Origin: Eledone cirrhosa
Lineage: Eukaryota
Length of the DNA: 64,000 nt
Reading direction: 5' to 3'
NCBI GenBank assembly: GCA_964016885.1
Contig: OZ024762.1
Span: 1,736,001-1,800,000 of the forward strand
Below are positions 1-12,705 of this stretch, in pieces; the stretch's first letter is position 1, and each line of letters begins with the position of its first letter. Under the pieces are notes generated by a model. It made no database searches and had not been told where the DNA came from. It saw only the letters and a program-made list of their open reading frames with translations. The translations under genes were made by a program, and so were the position numbers.

Positions 1-855
1 TATATATGCATATGTATGTATACATACATATATGCATACATACATATGTATGCATATATACATATGTATGTATATATACATACGTATGTATATATATACA
101 TACGTATGTATGTATACATACATACGTATGCTTATACATACATATGTATATATATATATACATACGTATATATATATACATATGTATGTATACATACGTA
201 TGTATATATATATACATACGTATATATATATATACATATGTATGTATACATACGTATGTATAGATATATACGTATGTATACATACATATGTATGTATACA
301 TACGTCTGTATACATACATACGTATGTATACATGCGTATGTATGTATACATACATATGTATGTATACATACATACGTATGTGTATATCAATATGTATGTA
401 TATATATACATACATATGTATGTGTATATATACATACATATGTATGTGTATATATACATACGTATGTATGCTTATATACATACGTATGTATGCTTATATA
501 CATACATATGTATGCTTATATACATATGTATGCTTATATACATACATATGTATATATATATACATACATATGTATATATATATACATACATATGTATGTA
601 TATATATATACATACATATGTATATACATATGTATCTATATACATATGTATGTATATATATATACATATGTATGTATATACATACATATGTGTATATATA
701 TACATATGTATATATACATATGTATGTATACATACATATGTATGTATATATACATACGTATGAATATATACATACGTATGTATATATACACACATATGTA
801 TATATAAATACATACGTGTATATATATATACATACGTATGTATGTGTATATATAT
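1..855. repeat. Compound (TA)/(TACA)/(TATG) microsatellite
   Basis: Low-complexity TA/CA repeats; the Y/I/H/T-rich ORFs here are artefacts. Confidence 0.95.
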
Positions 856-2522
856 ATAGAAGATATAATAGTAAAGTAACAACTCTAGATTACTGTATAT
901 ATATATATATATATATAGAAGATATAATAGTAAAGTAACACCTCTAGATTACTGTATATATATATATATATAGAAGATATAATAGTAAAGTAACACCTCT
1001 AGATTACTGTATATATATATATAGAAGTTATAATAATAAAGTAACACCTCTAGATTACTGTATATATATATATAGAAGAAATAATAATAAAGTAACACCT
1101 CTAGATTACTGTATATATATATATATAGAAGAAATAATAGTAAAGTAACACCTCTAGATTACTGTATATATATATATATAGAAGAAATAGTAATAAAGTA
1201 ACAACTCTAGATTACTGTATATATATATAGAAGATATAATAGTAAAGTAACACCTCTAGATTACTGTATATATATATAGAAGTTATAATAATAAAGTAAC
1301 ACCTCTAGATTACTGTATATATATATAGAAGATATAATAATAAAGTAACAACTCTAGATAACTGTATATATATATATAGAAGATATAATAGTAAAGTAAC
1401 ACCTCTAGATTACTGTATATAGATATATAGAAGATATAATAATAAAGTAACACCTCTAGATTACTGTATATAGATATATAGAAGATATAATAATAAAGTA
1501 ACAACTCTAGATTACTGTATATATATATATAGAAGATATAATAATAAAGTAACACCTCTAGATTACTGTATATAGATATATAGAAGATATAATAATAAAG
1601 TAACAACTCTAGATTACTGTATATATATAGAAGATATAATAATATAGTAACACCTCTAGATTACTGTATATATATATATAGAAGAAATAATAATAAAGTA
1701 ACACCTCTAGATAACTGTATATATATATATATATAGAAGATATAATAATATAGTAACACCTCTAGATTACTGTATATATATAGAAGAAATAATAATAAAG
1801 TAACACCTCTAGATTACTGTATATATATATAGAAGAAATAATAGTAAAGTAACAACTCTAGATTACTGTATATATATAGAAGATATAATAATAAAGTAAC
1901 ACCTCTAGATTACTGTATATATATATAGAAGATATAATAATAAAGTAACACCTCTAGATTACTGTATATAGATATATAGAAGATATAATAATAAAGTAAC
2001 AACTCTAGATTACTGTATATATATATATAGAAGAAATAATAGTAAAGTAACAACTCTAGATTACTGTATATATATATATATAGAAGAAATAATAATAAAG
2101 TAACACCTCTAGATTACTGTATATATATATAGAAGATATAATAATAAAGTAACACCTCTAGATTACTGTATATATATAGAAGATATAATAGTAAAGTAAC
2201 ACCTCTAGATTACTGTATATATATATAGAAGAAATAATAATAAAGTAACACCTCTAGATTACTGTATATATATATAGAAGATATAATAATAAAGTAACAC
2301 CTCTAGATTACTGTATATATATAGAAGATATAATAGTAAAGTAACACCTCTAGATTACTGTATATATATATAGAAGAAATAATAATAAAGTAACACCTCT
2401 AGATTACTGTATATATATAGAAGAAATAATAATAAAGTAACACCTCTAGATTACTGTATATATATATATAGAAGATATAATAATAAAGTAACACCTCTAG
2501 ATTACTGTATATATATATATAT
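856..2522. repeat. Minisatellite, ~50-58 bp unit GAAGATATAATAGTAAAGTAACACCTCTAGATTACTG(TA)n
   Basis: About 30 tandem copies differing mainly in (TA)n length. Confidence 0.95.
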
Positions 2523-3482
2523 ACAGTATATAGTTATGTATATATATATACATAAGTATATATATATAGAAGAAATAATAATAATAAAGCAACAACGCAA
2601 AAGTTTTGTTTATTCTTTAATTTGGCAATTATTTACCTGTCTTCCTGGATGGAGGTAGCAGCTTGTTGGTAATAGGAGACAGGTGAGGTTTATATGTGGA
2701 GTAGAGTGTTTACTTACAAGAGGTGTAAGGTATATATTGTCAGGAAAGGGTGTGTATATAGAAGTAAACTCCAGCTAATTTCTTGGGAAGTATGTAGAGT
2801 GTCTGGTAAACGTTGTGTGTATAACTAGACATGGCAGAGCAATAGTAAAGATGCTCTAGAATGACCACAGCAGTTTGAAGCTGGATTGAGTTCCCATTAT
2901 GGAATAAAAAGGGGGCAGTTAGTAAGTAGGAGAGATAGGGCCCTTAATATATAATAGGATAATAAACATGGTTGACACGAAAGGGTTTCTTTACGTGCGA
3001 TGGTAGGAGAGAAGCTACCATGTTGGATGTTAAAGAAATATATATGTCTAGTGACGTTTGTGTAGATCTCTAAAGTTATTCCTACTTACAGAGGATAGTA
3101 AAATGTAGTCTGGTATGTCTCAAGAATATCAACGAGTGTTTGAAAGACATGTATATCTCTAACAGGGAGAGGTTTCTTCCAAAATATAGTAAAATGTATC
3201 TCAACAATATCTACTAGAAATGGAATTAAAACATGTCTGTATATCCTAGAGAGACTTGTGTACATAGGAGACATTACTGGCTTTTATGTCTCAATATCTA
3301 CATTGTTTACAGGAGTGAGTGTATATAATGGAGAAGGTTAGGTGTGTATATGGTAGCAATGTATTAAAATAGAACTCTACAAACCTCTCAACACGAAAGT
3401 AAGATCCAAACCAATGTCAGTAATAGTCCCAGAGTAAATAAAACGATGTTACTTCTTCAATACATTGAAGAGAAATGACAAA

Positions 3483-3512
3483 AACGGAAGTAGATTTCCA
3501 CAAACCGGAAGT
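3483..3512. promoter_or_regulatory. Two ETS-type CGGAAGT motifs next to a CpG-rich patch; possible promoter
   Basis: AACGGAAGT and ACCGGAAGT about 20 bp apart, beside the CpG-rich segment 3560-3725. Confidence 0.35.
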
Positions 3513-3560
3513 AGCTCAATGTCAACAAAGGGGGAGATAACTCTCATCGAATTTTTTGGC

Positions 3561-3725
3561 AAAAACTCATGCGAGGCGGGAGAGCAGGCCAGCATAAAGC
3601 CAGCCTGCAACGGTCCCGGCCGACCCCGCAACGATTCGAACTTCAGACACGATCGAGTGGTCAGCCATACCGAAGTACGACAGCGAAGCCAGAAACGCTA
3701 CGTGCAGCGCCACGCACAAGCCGCA
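3561..3725 (-). ncRNA. Candidate structured Pol III-type ncRNA of unknown family
   Basis: The minus strand folds into consecutive hairpins closed by G-U pairs (GUCGUAC-UUCG-GUAUGGC; GCAGGCUGGC-UUUAU-GCUGGCCUGC), with a perfect B box GTTCGAATC (3633-3641) and a terminal TTTTT. Confidence 0.4.
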
Positions 3726-3787
3726 ATTCTACAGAGTCAAATAGTCATACTTATAGCTAAAGTTTTCTTTCTTTTTTAAAAAAAAAA

Positions 3788-3851
3788 GAAACGGAAAGAA
3801 AGCGAGATAACAGGACATATTCCGAGTGTTATCTCGCTTTCTTTCCGTTTC
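3788..3851. repeat. Perfect ~25-bp inverted repeat (hairpin)
   Basis: GAAACGGAAAGAAAGCGAGATAACA ... TGTTATCTCGCTTTCTTTCCGTTTC. Confidence 0.9.
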
Positions 3852-3861
3852 TCTCTATATA

Positions 3862-4398
3862 AATATAACGGGATATATAGCCATTGAGGAACTACTAGTA
3901 TTTTGTACATATATAACGGTATATGGCCATTGAAGAACTACTAGTATTTTGTACATATATAACAGGGTATATAGCAATTGAGGAACTACTAGTATTTTGT
4001 ACATATATAACAGGGTATATAGCAATTGAGGAACTACTAGTATTTTGTACATATATAACAGGGTATATAGCCATTGAAGAACTACTAGTATTTTGTACAT
4101 ATATAACAGGGTATATAGCCATTGAGGAACTACTAGTATTTTGTACATATATAACAGGGTATATAGCCATTGAGGAACTGCTAGTATTTTGTACATATAT
4201 AACAGGGTATATAGCCATTGAAGAACTACTAGTATGTTGTACATATATAACAGGGTATATAGCCATTGAAGAACTACTAGTATTTTGTACATATATAACA
4301 GGGTATATAGCCATTGAGGAACTGCTAGTATTTTGTACATATATATCAGGGCATATAGCCATTGAGGAACTACTAGTATTTTGTACATATATAACAAG
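3862..4398. repeat. Minisatellite, 57-bp unit (ATAACAGGGTATATAGCCATTGAGGAACTACTAGTATTTTGTACATAT)
   Basis: Tandem copies; dispersed degenerate copies near 4540 and 4975. Confidence 0.9.
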
Positions 4399-4569
4399 AT
4401 ATGCTCGAATAGAAGATGGGGAATATCGATAGTAGAACGGAGTCAATAGTTTGACAATTTTCACCAACTTCAAATTCTTGTAAATAAGGTTTCTCAGACA
4501 TAAGATAGGGAGGAGGGTCACCTTATATTCGAGTATATTAACTGAGAAACTCCTAGTATTTTATAGATC

Positions 4570-4880
4570 GATTCTTCTTGCTCAACGAGGCCGGGGTCAT
4601 TCTAAGCTAGCCATCTCAAAGCATCGTCATGGGTAGGGCATCCTCCTGAGATCTTTCCAGATGATATCCAGCCATCGGGTACGAGAGTAAGGGCCTGGTG
4701 GTGGATATGTCCTCACCAGTACACAAGGTGGGAAGCTGTGGGCTGATGCACATACGTCGTGGTGGTCCCATCTGATGTTTTTTATCGTCCTCAGGGCTCT
4801 GCTATGGAAGCTGTCAATCCTCTTTGTGAGGGGCCCCGTTTCTGCTCCACAGAGGAGAATGAAGAGGACCGATGCATTTA
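4570..4880 (-). mobile_element. Degenerate RTE-like LINE 3' fragment
   Basis: Minus-strand peptide remnants 'LLCGAET..LTKRIDSFHSRALRTIKNIRW' and 'RTRWLDIIWKDLRR' resemble the post-RT region of RTE elements. Confidence 0.6.
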
Positions 4881-5536
4881 TTCAGAACAATTAATATGTA
4901 GCTAGATATACTTACTTCAAGATTGTAACATAGCCTTAGACAGATCTGTCATTCCGTTTCTATACTTATAAATATAACAGGATATATATCCATTGAGAAA
5001 CTACTAGCATTTTATACAGAATAATTAATATATAAGTAAATATGCTTTCTTCAAAGTGGTAACATATCTGTTTCTGGAAAGATGAAAGACAAAGCTAACC
5101 TCGGTGGGATTTGAACTCATAATAAAAATGACAAATACATAAACAATTAGTATATTAGTTTCATGCTTTGGTTGAAAGAGAGAAAAGGTTTGATGCACCT
5201 GATGTTACTCCTTCATCGAGAGGGTGCAATAGTTCAGAGATTAGAAAATAGGAGATGTGAGTGTATTTGTGCCACTGATCCTTATTTTAAGGGTAAATCC
5301 TTTTATAGCTAGCAGCAGTAGTAGTAGCTCCCTGAACATTTTCCATTCTGGCTACTGTAGTTTCAGAATACTCACCTTATTAATTTGGACACCTAGATAA
5401 CTGAAGCTATTAACTACTTCTACGAACCCCTCTCAGCATTTGATAGAGCTTGTTTCCTGTGAGCACTTACTGCTCTGGTGTGTCAAACACAAAACCTACA
5501 TTCTTTGCTAGCCTGCTTGACATCCGGCTACACCTC

Positions 5537-6927
5537 TTAGTGGAGTCGTTAGTGTTAGCCAAGATAATTAGTGGAGTCGTTAGTGTTAGCCAAGATAATT
5601 AGTGGAGTCGTTAGTGTTAGCCAAGATAATTCGTGGAGTCGTTAGTGTTAGCCCAGATAATTAGTGGAGTCGTTACTGTTAGCCCAGATAATTAGTGGAG
5701 TCGTTAGTGTTAGCCAAGATAATTCGTGGAGTCGTTAGTGTTAGCCCAGATAATTAGTGGAGTCGTTAGTGTTAGCCCAGATAATTAGTGGAGTCGTTAG
5801 TGTTAGCCAAGATAATTAGTGGAGTCGTTAGTGTTAGCCCAGATAATTAGTGGAGTCGTTAGTGTTAGCCCAGATAATTAGTGGAGTCGTTAGTGTTAGC
5901 CAAGATAATTCGTGGAGTCGTTAGTGTTAGCCCAGATAATTAGTGGAGTCGTTACTGTTAGCCCAGATAATTAGTGGAGTCGTTACTGTTAGCCAAGATA
6001 ATTAGTGGAGTCGTTAGTGTTAGCCCAGATAATTAGTGGAGTCGTTAGTGTTAGCCCAGATAATTAGTGGAGTCGTTAGTGTTAGCCCAGATAATTAGTG
6101 GAGTCGTTACTGTTAGCCAAGATAATTAGTGGAGTCGTTAGTGTTAGCCCAGATAATTAGTGGAGTCGTTACTGTTAGCCAAGATAATTAGTGGAGTCGT
6201 TAGTGTTAGCCCAGATAATTCGTGGAGTCGTTAGTGTTAGCCAAGATAATTAGTGGAGTCGTTAGTGTTAGCCAAGATAATTCGTGGAGTCGTTACTGTT
6301 AGCCAAGATAATTCGTGGAGTCGTTAGTGTTAGCCCAGATAATTCGTGGAGTCGTTAGTGTTAGCCAAGATAATTAGTGGAGTCGTTAGTGTTAGCCAAG
6401 ATAATTAGTGGAGTCGTTAGTGTTAGCCAAGATAATTCGTGGAGTCGTTAGTGTTAGCCAAGATAATTCGTGGAGTCGTTAGTGTTAGCCCAGATAATTA
6501 GTGGAGTCGTTAGTGTTAGCCCAGATAATTAGTGGAGTCGTTAGTGTTAGCCAAGATAATTAGTGGAGTCGTTAGTGTTAGCCCAGATAATTAGTGGAGT
6601 CGTTAGTGTTAGCCCAGATAATTAGTGGAGTCGTTAGTGTTAGCCAAGATAATTCGTGGAGTCGTTAGTGTTAGCCCAGATAATTAGTGGAGTCGTTACT
6701 GTTAGCCCAGATAATTAGTGGAGTCGTTAGTGTTAGCCAAGATAATTCGTGGAGTCGTTAGTGTTAGCCCAGATAATTAGTGGAGTCGTTACTGTTAGCC
6801 CAGATAATTAGTGGAGTCGTTACTGTTAGCCAAGATAATTAGTGGAGTCGTTAGTGTTAGCCAAGATAATTAGTGGAGTCGTTAGTGTTAGCCAAGATAA
6901 TTAGTGGAGTCGTTAGTGTTAGCCCAG
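5537..6927. repeat. Minisatellite, 31-bp unit TTAGTGGAGTCGTTAGTGTTAGCC(A/C)AGATAA, ~45 copies
   Basis: Direct tandem copies with no spacers; three biallelic positions. Confidence 0.97.
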
Positions 6928-6984
6928 ACACGAAGCATTTTCAACAAAACTGAGTGTAATGTTTGAGCACAATGTTTAAACTAC

Positions 6985-7690
6985 ATAATATAATATATAT
7001 ACTTGATGTGTGTATATATATATACAAAAGCAGAGGTTGAACAATTATATCATTTTCTACCTTTTTGATGCAGGTGGTCCACAAGCTTGCGTATCCCCTC
7101 CAAAAAGGTTTTCGATTCATCACACAACCATTTATACACCACTTCTTTATCCATAGGAAATCCAGGTCCGCATCTTTGAGCTTAAAGAGATGATAGTCAG
7201 AAGATGCAAGATCTGAATTCCAGTACCTCAAAACCTAATTGGTTAAAGGTGTTCTGTGATAATCTTGCACAGACATTATGGAAGCTGGGTTTGTTGTGGA
7301 TAATTTGATAGGCTGAACCATGACTAATCTGCCTCTTCAATGATAACTCACTGGTTTGCCATTACCATCTCTCAAACTTGCTGAATTTTCTCGTCAATGT
7401 TGGAGGTTTATGAGCTCCTGCTTCATCGTGTGTCACACTTGTCCGGCCATTTCTAAACTTCTCGATCCACTCGTACACATTTCTATGTGGTAGTGTCACC
7501 ATATTGTATTAAAAGCCTCTGATGACTTTCATTCCCTGACACACCTTCCAACCAGAGAAATCTGATCTCTGCTCTTTGTTCCTTCTTGGTGTACACTGCT
7601 AGTGGAGTGGCCATGTTTACACTGTAACAGCAGCAAAAAAACTGGTGCAATGAAGCTGAAACTTTGATCATGTAACCGCATTAGTATCAA
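6985..7690 (-). mobile_element. Mariner transposase pseudogene
   Basis: N-terminus 'MATPLAVYTKKEQRAEIRFLWLEGVSG.E.HQRL..QYGD', then 'VYEWIEKFRNGRTS' and the motif 'SDLASSDYHLF' (degenerate YSPDLAPSDYHLF); stops and frameshifts. Confidence 0.85.
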
Positions 7691-7779
7691 CTATAAGCAT
7701 GCAAGAACAGAAGGCAATGTGATAAACCTAAAGATATGTTATGGCAAAAGTGAGGATAATTTTTTTTACTTACCTCTAC

Positions 7780-8000
7780 TATCTGTAGAAATGAGATGAT
7801 AAGGACTGGGGTCCATATCATTCCACTGTAAAGTGGTTGTGGAGGTGCCACGGCAAAAAAAGCACCCAGCACTCACTGTAAATGAGGTTGGTGTTAGGAA
7901 GGGCATCCAGCTGTAGAAATCAAGCGAGAATCAGTTCCCATCCCACCCTTGCAAGCAGGGAAAAAGCGGACGTAAAATGATGATGATGAAAATGAAATGA
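7780..8000 (+). mobile_element. 5'-truncated tRNA-SINE (family A, RTE tail)
   Basis: Matches the 3' part of the full copy at 46623-46925; (GAT)n tail. Confidence 0.85.
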
Positions 8001-8681
8001 TTACCCTCGTGTGTGTATATATATATATATACACTATATTATGTATACAGATATAGCTGTGTCTTAGAAAGCTTCTGTCATTTTTCATTGAAGACAATAT
8101 ATTTTGATAACATTTTTAGAGACATGTTTTTTCTTATATTATAACATGGTTGGTGAGATGACAGTATAGGTCACATCATCTGGTTGTGTCTGTTCTGGTA
8201 TTACAGGTTTGGCTGTTCTATCTAACAGTTGGAGTGACCACATAGTGGTTGCTCCATCACTACACCAGCATTTAGAAACTAATGTTGGATGTTACATTTA
8301 TGTAAAGGGATCTGGAGAAAGGAACAAAGCCCATAGCCGCTACAGATCCTCATAGGCCCGATATATGTATAATTAATGGTATATATACATGTGTATATCT
8401 AAAACTACATCATTGAATGTGTCCATTGTTTTAAAATGTGGCTGCTGTTTCTAGCAGGTTGGGTGACAGTTCTCAGTTCAACTTTGCCTAGACTTCATCT
8501 AGTACTGGGTTAATTCTTCTATATCTCATTTTCTGGAAGAAATCTACTGTATTCAGATCTGGAGAGATGGGCTCTGACAAGTTTTAAAAAAGCCCTACGT
8601 TCACAACAAATACACTCAATTGTTCTTAAAAAACACTTTATTTCACGTTGCTGAGAGTACCAACAGTAGCTGGAGAGTTAA

Positions 8682-9062
8682 TCCTACAATACACTGGTGC
8701 CCTATCAAAGGAGAGTGAGTACCTACAATACACTGGTGCCCTATCAAAGGAGAGTGAGTACCTACAATACACTGGTGCCCTATCAAAGGAGAGTGAGTAC
8801 CTACAATACACTGGTGCCCTATCAAAGGAGAGTGAGTACCTACAATACACTGGTGCCCTATCAAAGGAGAGTGAGTACCTACAATACACTGGTGCCCTAT
8901 CAAAGGAGAGTGAGTACCTACAATATACTGGTGCCCTATCAAAGGAGAGTGAGTACCTACAATATACTGGTGCCCTATCAAAGGAGAGTGAGTACCTACA
9001 ATACACTGGTGCCCTATCAAAGGAGAGTGAGTACCTACAATACACTGGTGCCCTATCAAAGG
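8682..9062. repeat. Minisatellite, 39-bp unit CCTACAATACACTGGTGCCCTATCAAAGGAGAGTGAGTA
   Basis: About 10 near-identical tandem copies. Confidence 0.95.
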
Positions 9063-9614
9063 ATAATGCCAAGAAAACCAGTGATAAGCTTAGAACAGAC
9101 TTTCTATATACACTAAATTTTGGTTTACTCAATACATATATCAATGATGGAAGCTTAAGATACTTATTACCAAAATCGATAATTGGTGATCGATTTGGCT
9201 TCCATTTCTTGTATTTTCTAGCACATTAAGACATCAGGGGGTGTGATTTGAGGAATATTTAAGCTGCTGTTTCTAGCAGGTTCTTAGTGCAGTGTGTAAT
9301 TTAAGGAAGGTTCTAAGACGGTATGTTTTATGTTTTACAGGAGATTTAGCTGCTATTTTTAGAATTTTATGTGTGTATACTTTTCTATATATATGTGATT
9401 ATGATTTAATGTGTGTACGTTGGTATGTGAGGGAGAGAATGAGGATGAGATTGAAACAAACAGAGAGAGAGAGCAAAAGCTATACATATTGAGAGAGGGG
9501 GAAAACACGGATGCTTACAATGAAAAAAGTTAAAACATTATATATGGCCTTATAAAGAACATGATAGACAAGAAAAGGTTAAATATAATTAATGCAGCTG
9601 CAAGGATATAAAAT

Positions 9615-9735
9615 AATAATGAAAATATTGTGTACAGTGCTCAGGTGCACTACAACTCATCAAAAGTGTATGTATAGTACATAGGGTAATGTACAAACGT
9701 CAGGAAAATGAACAGTGCATGAGTCATATAATACG
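9615..9735 (-). repeat. Interspersed repeat; inverted copy at 51975-52100
   Basis: TGTGTACAGTGCTCAGGTGCACTACAACTCATCAAA... is the reverse complement of the sequence at 52045-52080. Confidence 0.8.
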
Positions 9736-10007
9736 GTTTATTTGTAATATTTTTTACTGGTCGTCTGCCGGCAATGAAAAATTTGACAACAAATGTAAAG
9801 AGTGGAGTGGTGGAAGGTAATTATAAAAATGGTGGTAGCAGCAACGAGAAGTGAAGACATGCAACAAATTATTTTCTAAAATCAGTTTATTATGTGAATC
9901 TTAAGAAAATGTAAAACTATTTAATTATTAAATGATTTTTAAAAGATAAAACATGCTCGCGTTGTAAAAAGCTTTGTGCGAGCTGCATGTTTGACATGCC
10001 TGATCTA

Positions 10008-10450
10008 ATTAGTAGTGGAGGAGGATGCTCTGAAAACTTAGTAGCTAGTATAAGGATAGGATGGAAGACGTTTAGAGAGCTACACCCTCTCGACAACTAA
10101 AGGTTTTGGCTTACGAATAAAAGGACGGTTGTATGACATCTGTGTACGATGTTGCATGTGAGTGAAACACGGGCAATAACTATAGAGGATATGGGTAAAC
10201 CTGAGAGAAATGAAGCAAGTATGCTTTGGTTAATGGGTAAGGCTACTGCAAGAGAATGACAGAGCTTGGAAGAACTGAGTGGAAATCTGGGTTTATGAGG
10301 AATTAGAAGTGGTGAGCATGAGAGAAGACTGGTGGTTCGGAGATGTGATGCACAAGGATGATGATTACAGTAGAAGGAAGTGATAACAGAAGTAGACCAA
10401 TAAAAACCTGTACAAAAGTGGTGAAAGGGGATCTCGAGTAGCTGAAATTC
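10008..10450 (+). mobile_element. Degenerate RTE LINE fragment
   Basis: '[25 protein letters not shown]', 'KGRLYD' and 'ERNEASML' remnants, homologous to the fragments at 30157 and 31708. Confidence 0.85.
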
Positions 10451-10824
10451 ACATTTTAAGCCTGGCAGAGCCCATCCCTCTCGAAGCCTGAGTACAGTAG
10501 ATTTCTGTCAGAGAAAGATAGAAAGTGAAAGAAGAAATGAGAAAGAGAGGAAGAATCAACCCCAGTACTAGACTAGTACTTTTTTTTTTTTTTTTTTAAA
10601 TCGACTTCAAAAGGATGAAGAGCGAAGTTGACCGAACAAATACAATAAGGCATTCTATCCAATGTTCTAAGGACTGCCAATTCACCACCTGTAATCAGTA
10701 TGACTGAATCTATTGCAGTGAATAAGTCTCATTTTGTTGCAAGAACTCTATGTTAGTACCTACCTGTCCTCTATATCTTTTGCTCAGCTTTCTGTCCATC
10801 CTCCTAGTCATATTATTTTATTAA

Positions 10825-11015
10825 CCCTTTAGCATTTAAACCAGCAATATCCAGCCAGAATTCTCTCACTTTTTTTTTTTGTTCAAACCAGCTGTAACTG
10901 GGCTCTCATACTGATGTTAACGTATTGTTCTCAAAATAGATTCGATATTAAGTGAGGTAAAGCTTTTACTGTGAAAATACAATAGTATATATAGAGTAAT
11001 GTAAATTCTCAAGGG
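10825..11015 (+). mobile_element. piggyBac-type MITE
   Basis: TTAA-CCCTTTAGCATTT ... AAGGG-TTAA; further copies at 17200, 17403, 23272 and 61794, and partial copies near 21955 and 28820. Confidence 0.85.
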
Positions 11016-11799
11016 TTAAATTATTTGGACATTCATTAGAAATATTGTAACGAAAGGGTGCAAAGAAAACAAAAATCAAAGAATTGTGAGTCAAAAACTT
11101 TTATTCAGAATTAGAAGATAAATGGCCTGTTACTGGGATCAAATCTCCGTGATAGCTGACTAAGCTGACCTCCAAATTTTAGAGAGAATAGTTCCTAGTA
11201 GCCAGAAAAGGGAATGTTTGTTAAAAAAATAAAAATAAATAGAATTCACTTTCATATAAGATTCAGCTTTTATTACAACCAGATTTTTTTCTTCTTATTT
11301 TCATCAAAATATATCTTTGATATCCACACGAGCAAAACCTAAACACAAGAAAGTTGTTTTTTTTTCTTTTCTTTTTAAACTTTGAATTTCAACAAGAACT
11401 ATAGGTGTCATTTTAGTATTTCTTTCTTACTTGTAATGTTTTTTTTGGAGGCTTTACTACCAACTTATTCTGTACTGAGAGGAGCAGGGAAGAAGGAGAA
11501 TATGTGGAGAGAGAGAGACCTTAACTTGAAAATAATTCTAATAAATCCCTCAGATGTGGAAACAGAATTTACAGAAGTATTTATATTTATTTTAAAAAAA
11601 AAAAAAAATTTTTTTAATTCTACCTAAAACTAATTCATCAGTTGATGGGGGGGGGGGGTACTATTGAAGGTGAGGGTGGGACTGGGTGGGGTGGGGTTGG
11701 AGTAGAGAGAGGGTCTTAGACATGAGGACCAGTCAGAACTGCAATCAGATGATGACGGGGAGCAATTGACTATGACTTATGAGGGCAGGGCTGGGAGAC

Positions 11800-12455
11800 A
11801 TGGGGACCAGGTAGAACTGCAATCAGATGATGGCGGTGGGAGTTGGGGGCCAGAAGGACCAGGTAGAACTGCAATCAGATGATGGGGGTGGGAGTTGGGG
11901 GCCAGAAGGACCAGGTAGAACTGCAATCAGATGATGGGGGTGGGAGTTGGGGGCCAGGACCAGGTAGAACTGCAATCAGATGATGGGGGTGGGAGTTGGG
12001 GGCCAGGACCAGGTAGAACTGCAATCAGATGATGGGGGTGGGAGTTGGGGGCCAGAAGGACCAGGTAGAACTGCAATCAGATGGGGGTGGGAGTTGGGGG
12101 CCAGAAGGACCAGGTAGAACTGCAATCAGATGATGGGGGTGGGAGTTGGGGGCCAGAAGGACCAGGTAGAACTGCAATCAGATGATGGGGGTGGGAGTTG
12201 GGGGCCAGAAGGACCAGGTAGAACTGCAATCAGATGATGGGGGTGGGAGTTGGGGTCTGAAGGATCAGGTAGAACTGCAATCAGATGATGAGGGAGGGAG
12301 TTAGGGGCCAGAAGGACCAGGTACGATTGCAATCAGATGATGAGGGTGGCTGAGGTGGGGCATAGGATGTGGGGTAGGACACATGGGGACCAGTTTGAAC
12401 TGCAATCAGATGATGAGGTGGGAGCTGGGAGCAGGACCAGTTTGAACTGCAAATC
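11800..12455. repeat. G-rich minisatellite, ~54-57 bp unit (GGACCAGGTAGAACTGCAATCAGATGATGGGGGTGGGAGTTGGGGGCCAGAA)
   Basis: Tandem copies that degenerate towards both ends. Confidence 0.92.
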
Positions 12456-12705
12456 AATAACGGGCAACAGTTGAACTTGTCCTGGAAAAGAAAAAAAGAG
12501 GAAAAAAGAATTGTACAAATAAATGAAGAAAAAATATTTACAGAGAAAAAAACAAATGAACAACCAAAATCAACCAAAAAAATAATAAAAATAATAAACC
12601 CTAAAAATAGAAGCTGACATTAAAATCTACCAACGCAATTTAACAGAAGTCAAACTAAATAATTTTAAAAATTTCTATCTCCACATGCACACAAATATAT
12701 ATATA

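Noticed and set aside
856-2522. CRISPR-like array (constant repeat with variable spacer)
   Set aside because: The 'spacers' are only (TA)n length variants; eukaryotic context and no cas genes
2635-3450. Minus-strand coding exon(s) with donors at ~2636 and ~3089
   Set aside because: Stops interrupt the frames I checked and there is no recognisable protein; at most UTR or non-coding exon
3525-3625. U11/U12 snRNA on the plus strand (Sm-like AATTTTTTGG)
   Set aside because: No U11/U12 5' motifs, and the hairpins pair better on the minus strand
5195-5235. Hammerhead-like CGATGAAGGAG on the minus strand
   Set aside because: No GAAA half or stem II partner
5537-6927. CRISPR array with a 31-bp repeat
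   Set aside because: Units are directly adjacent with no unique spacers
7518-7570. Hammerhead core CTGATGA...GAAA
   Set aside because: Lies antisense within mariner transposase codons; no consistent stems I and III
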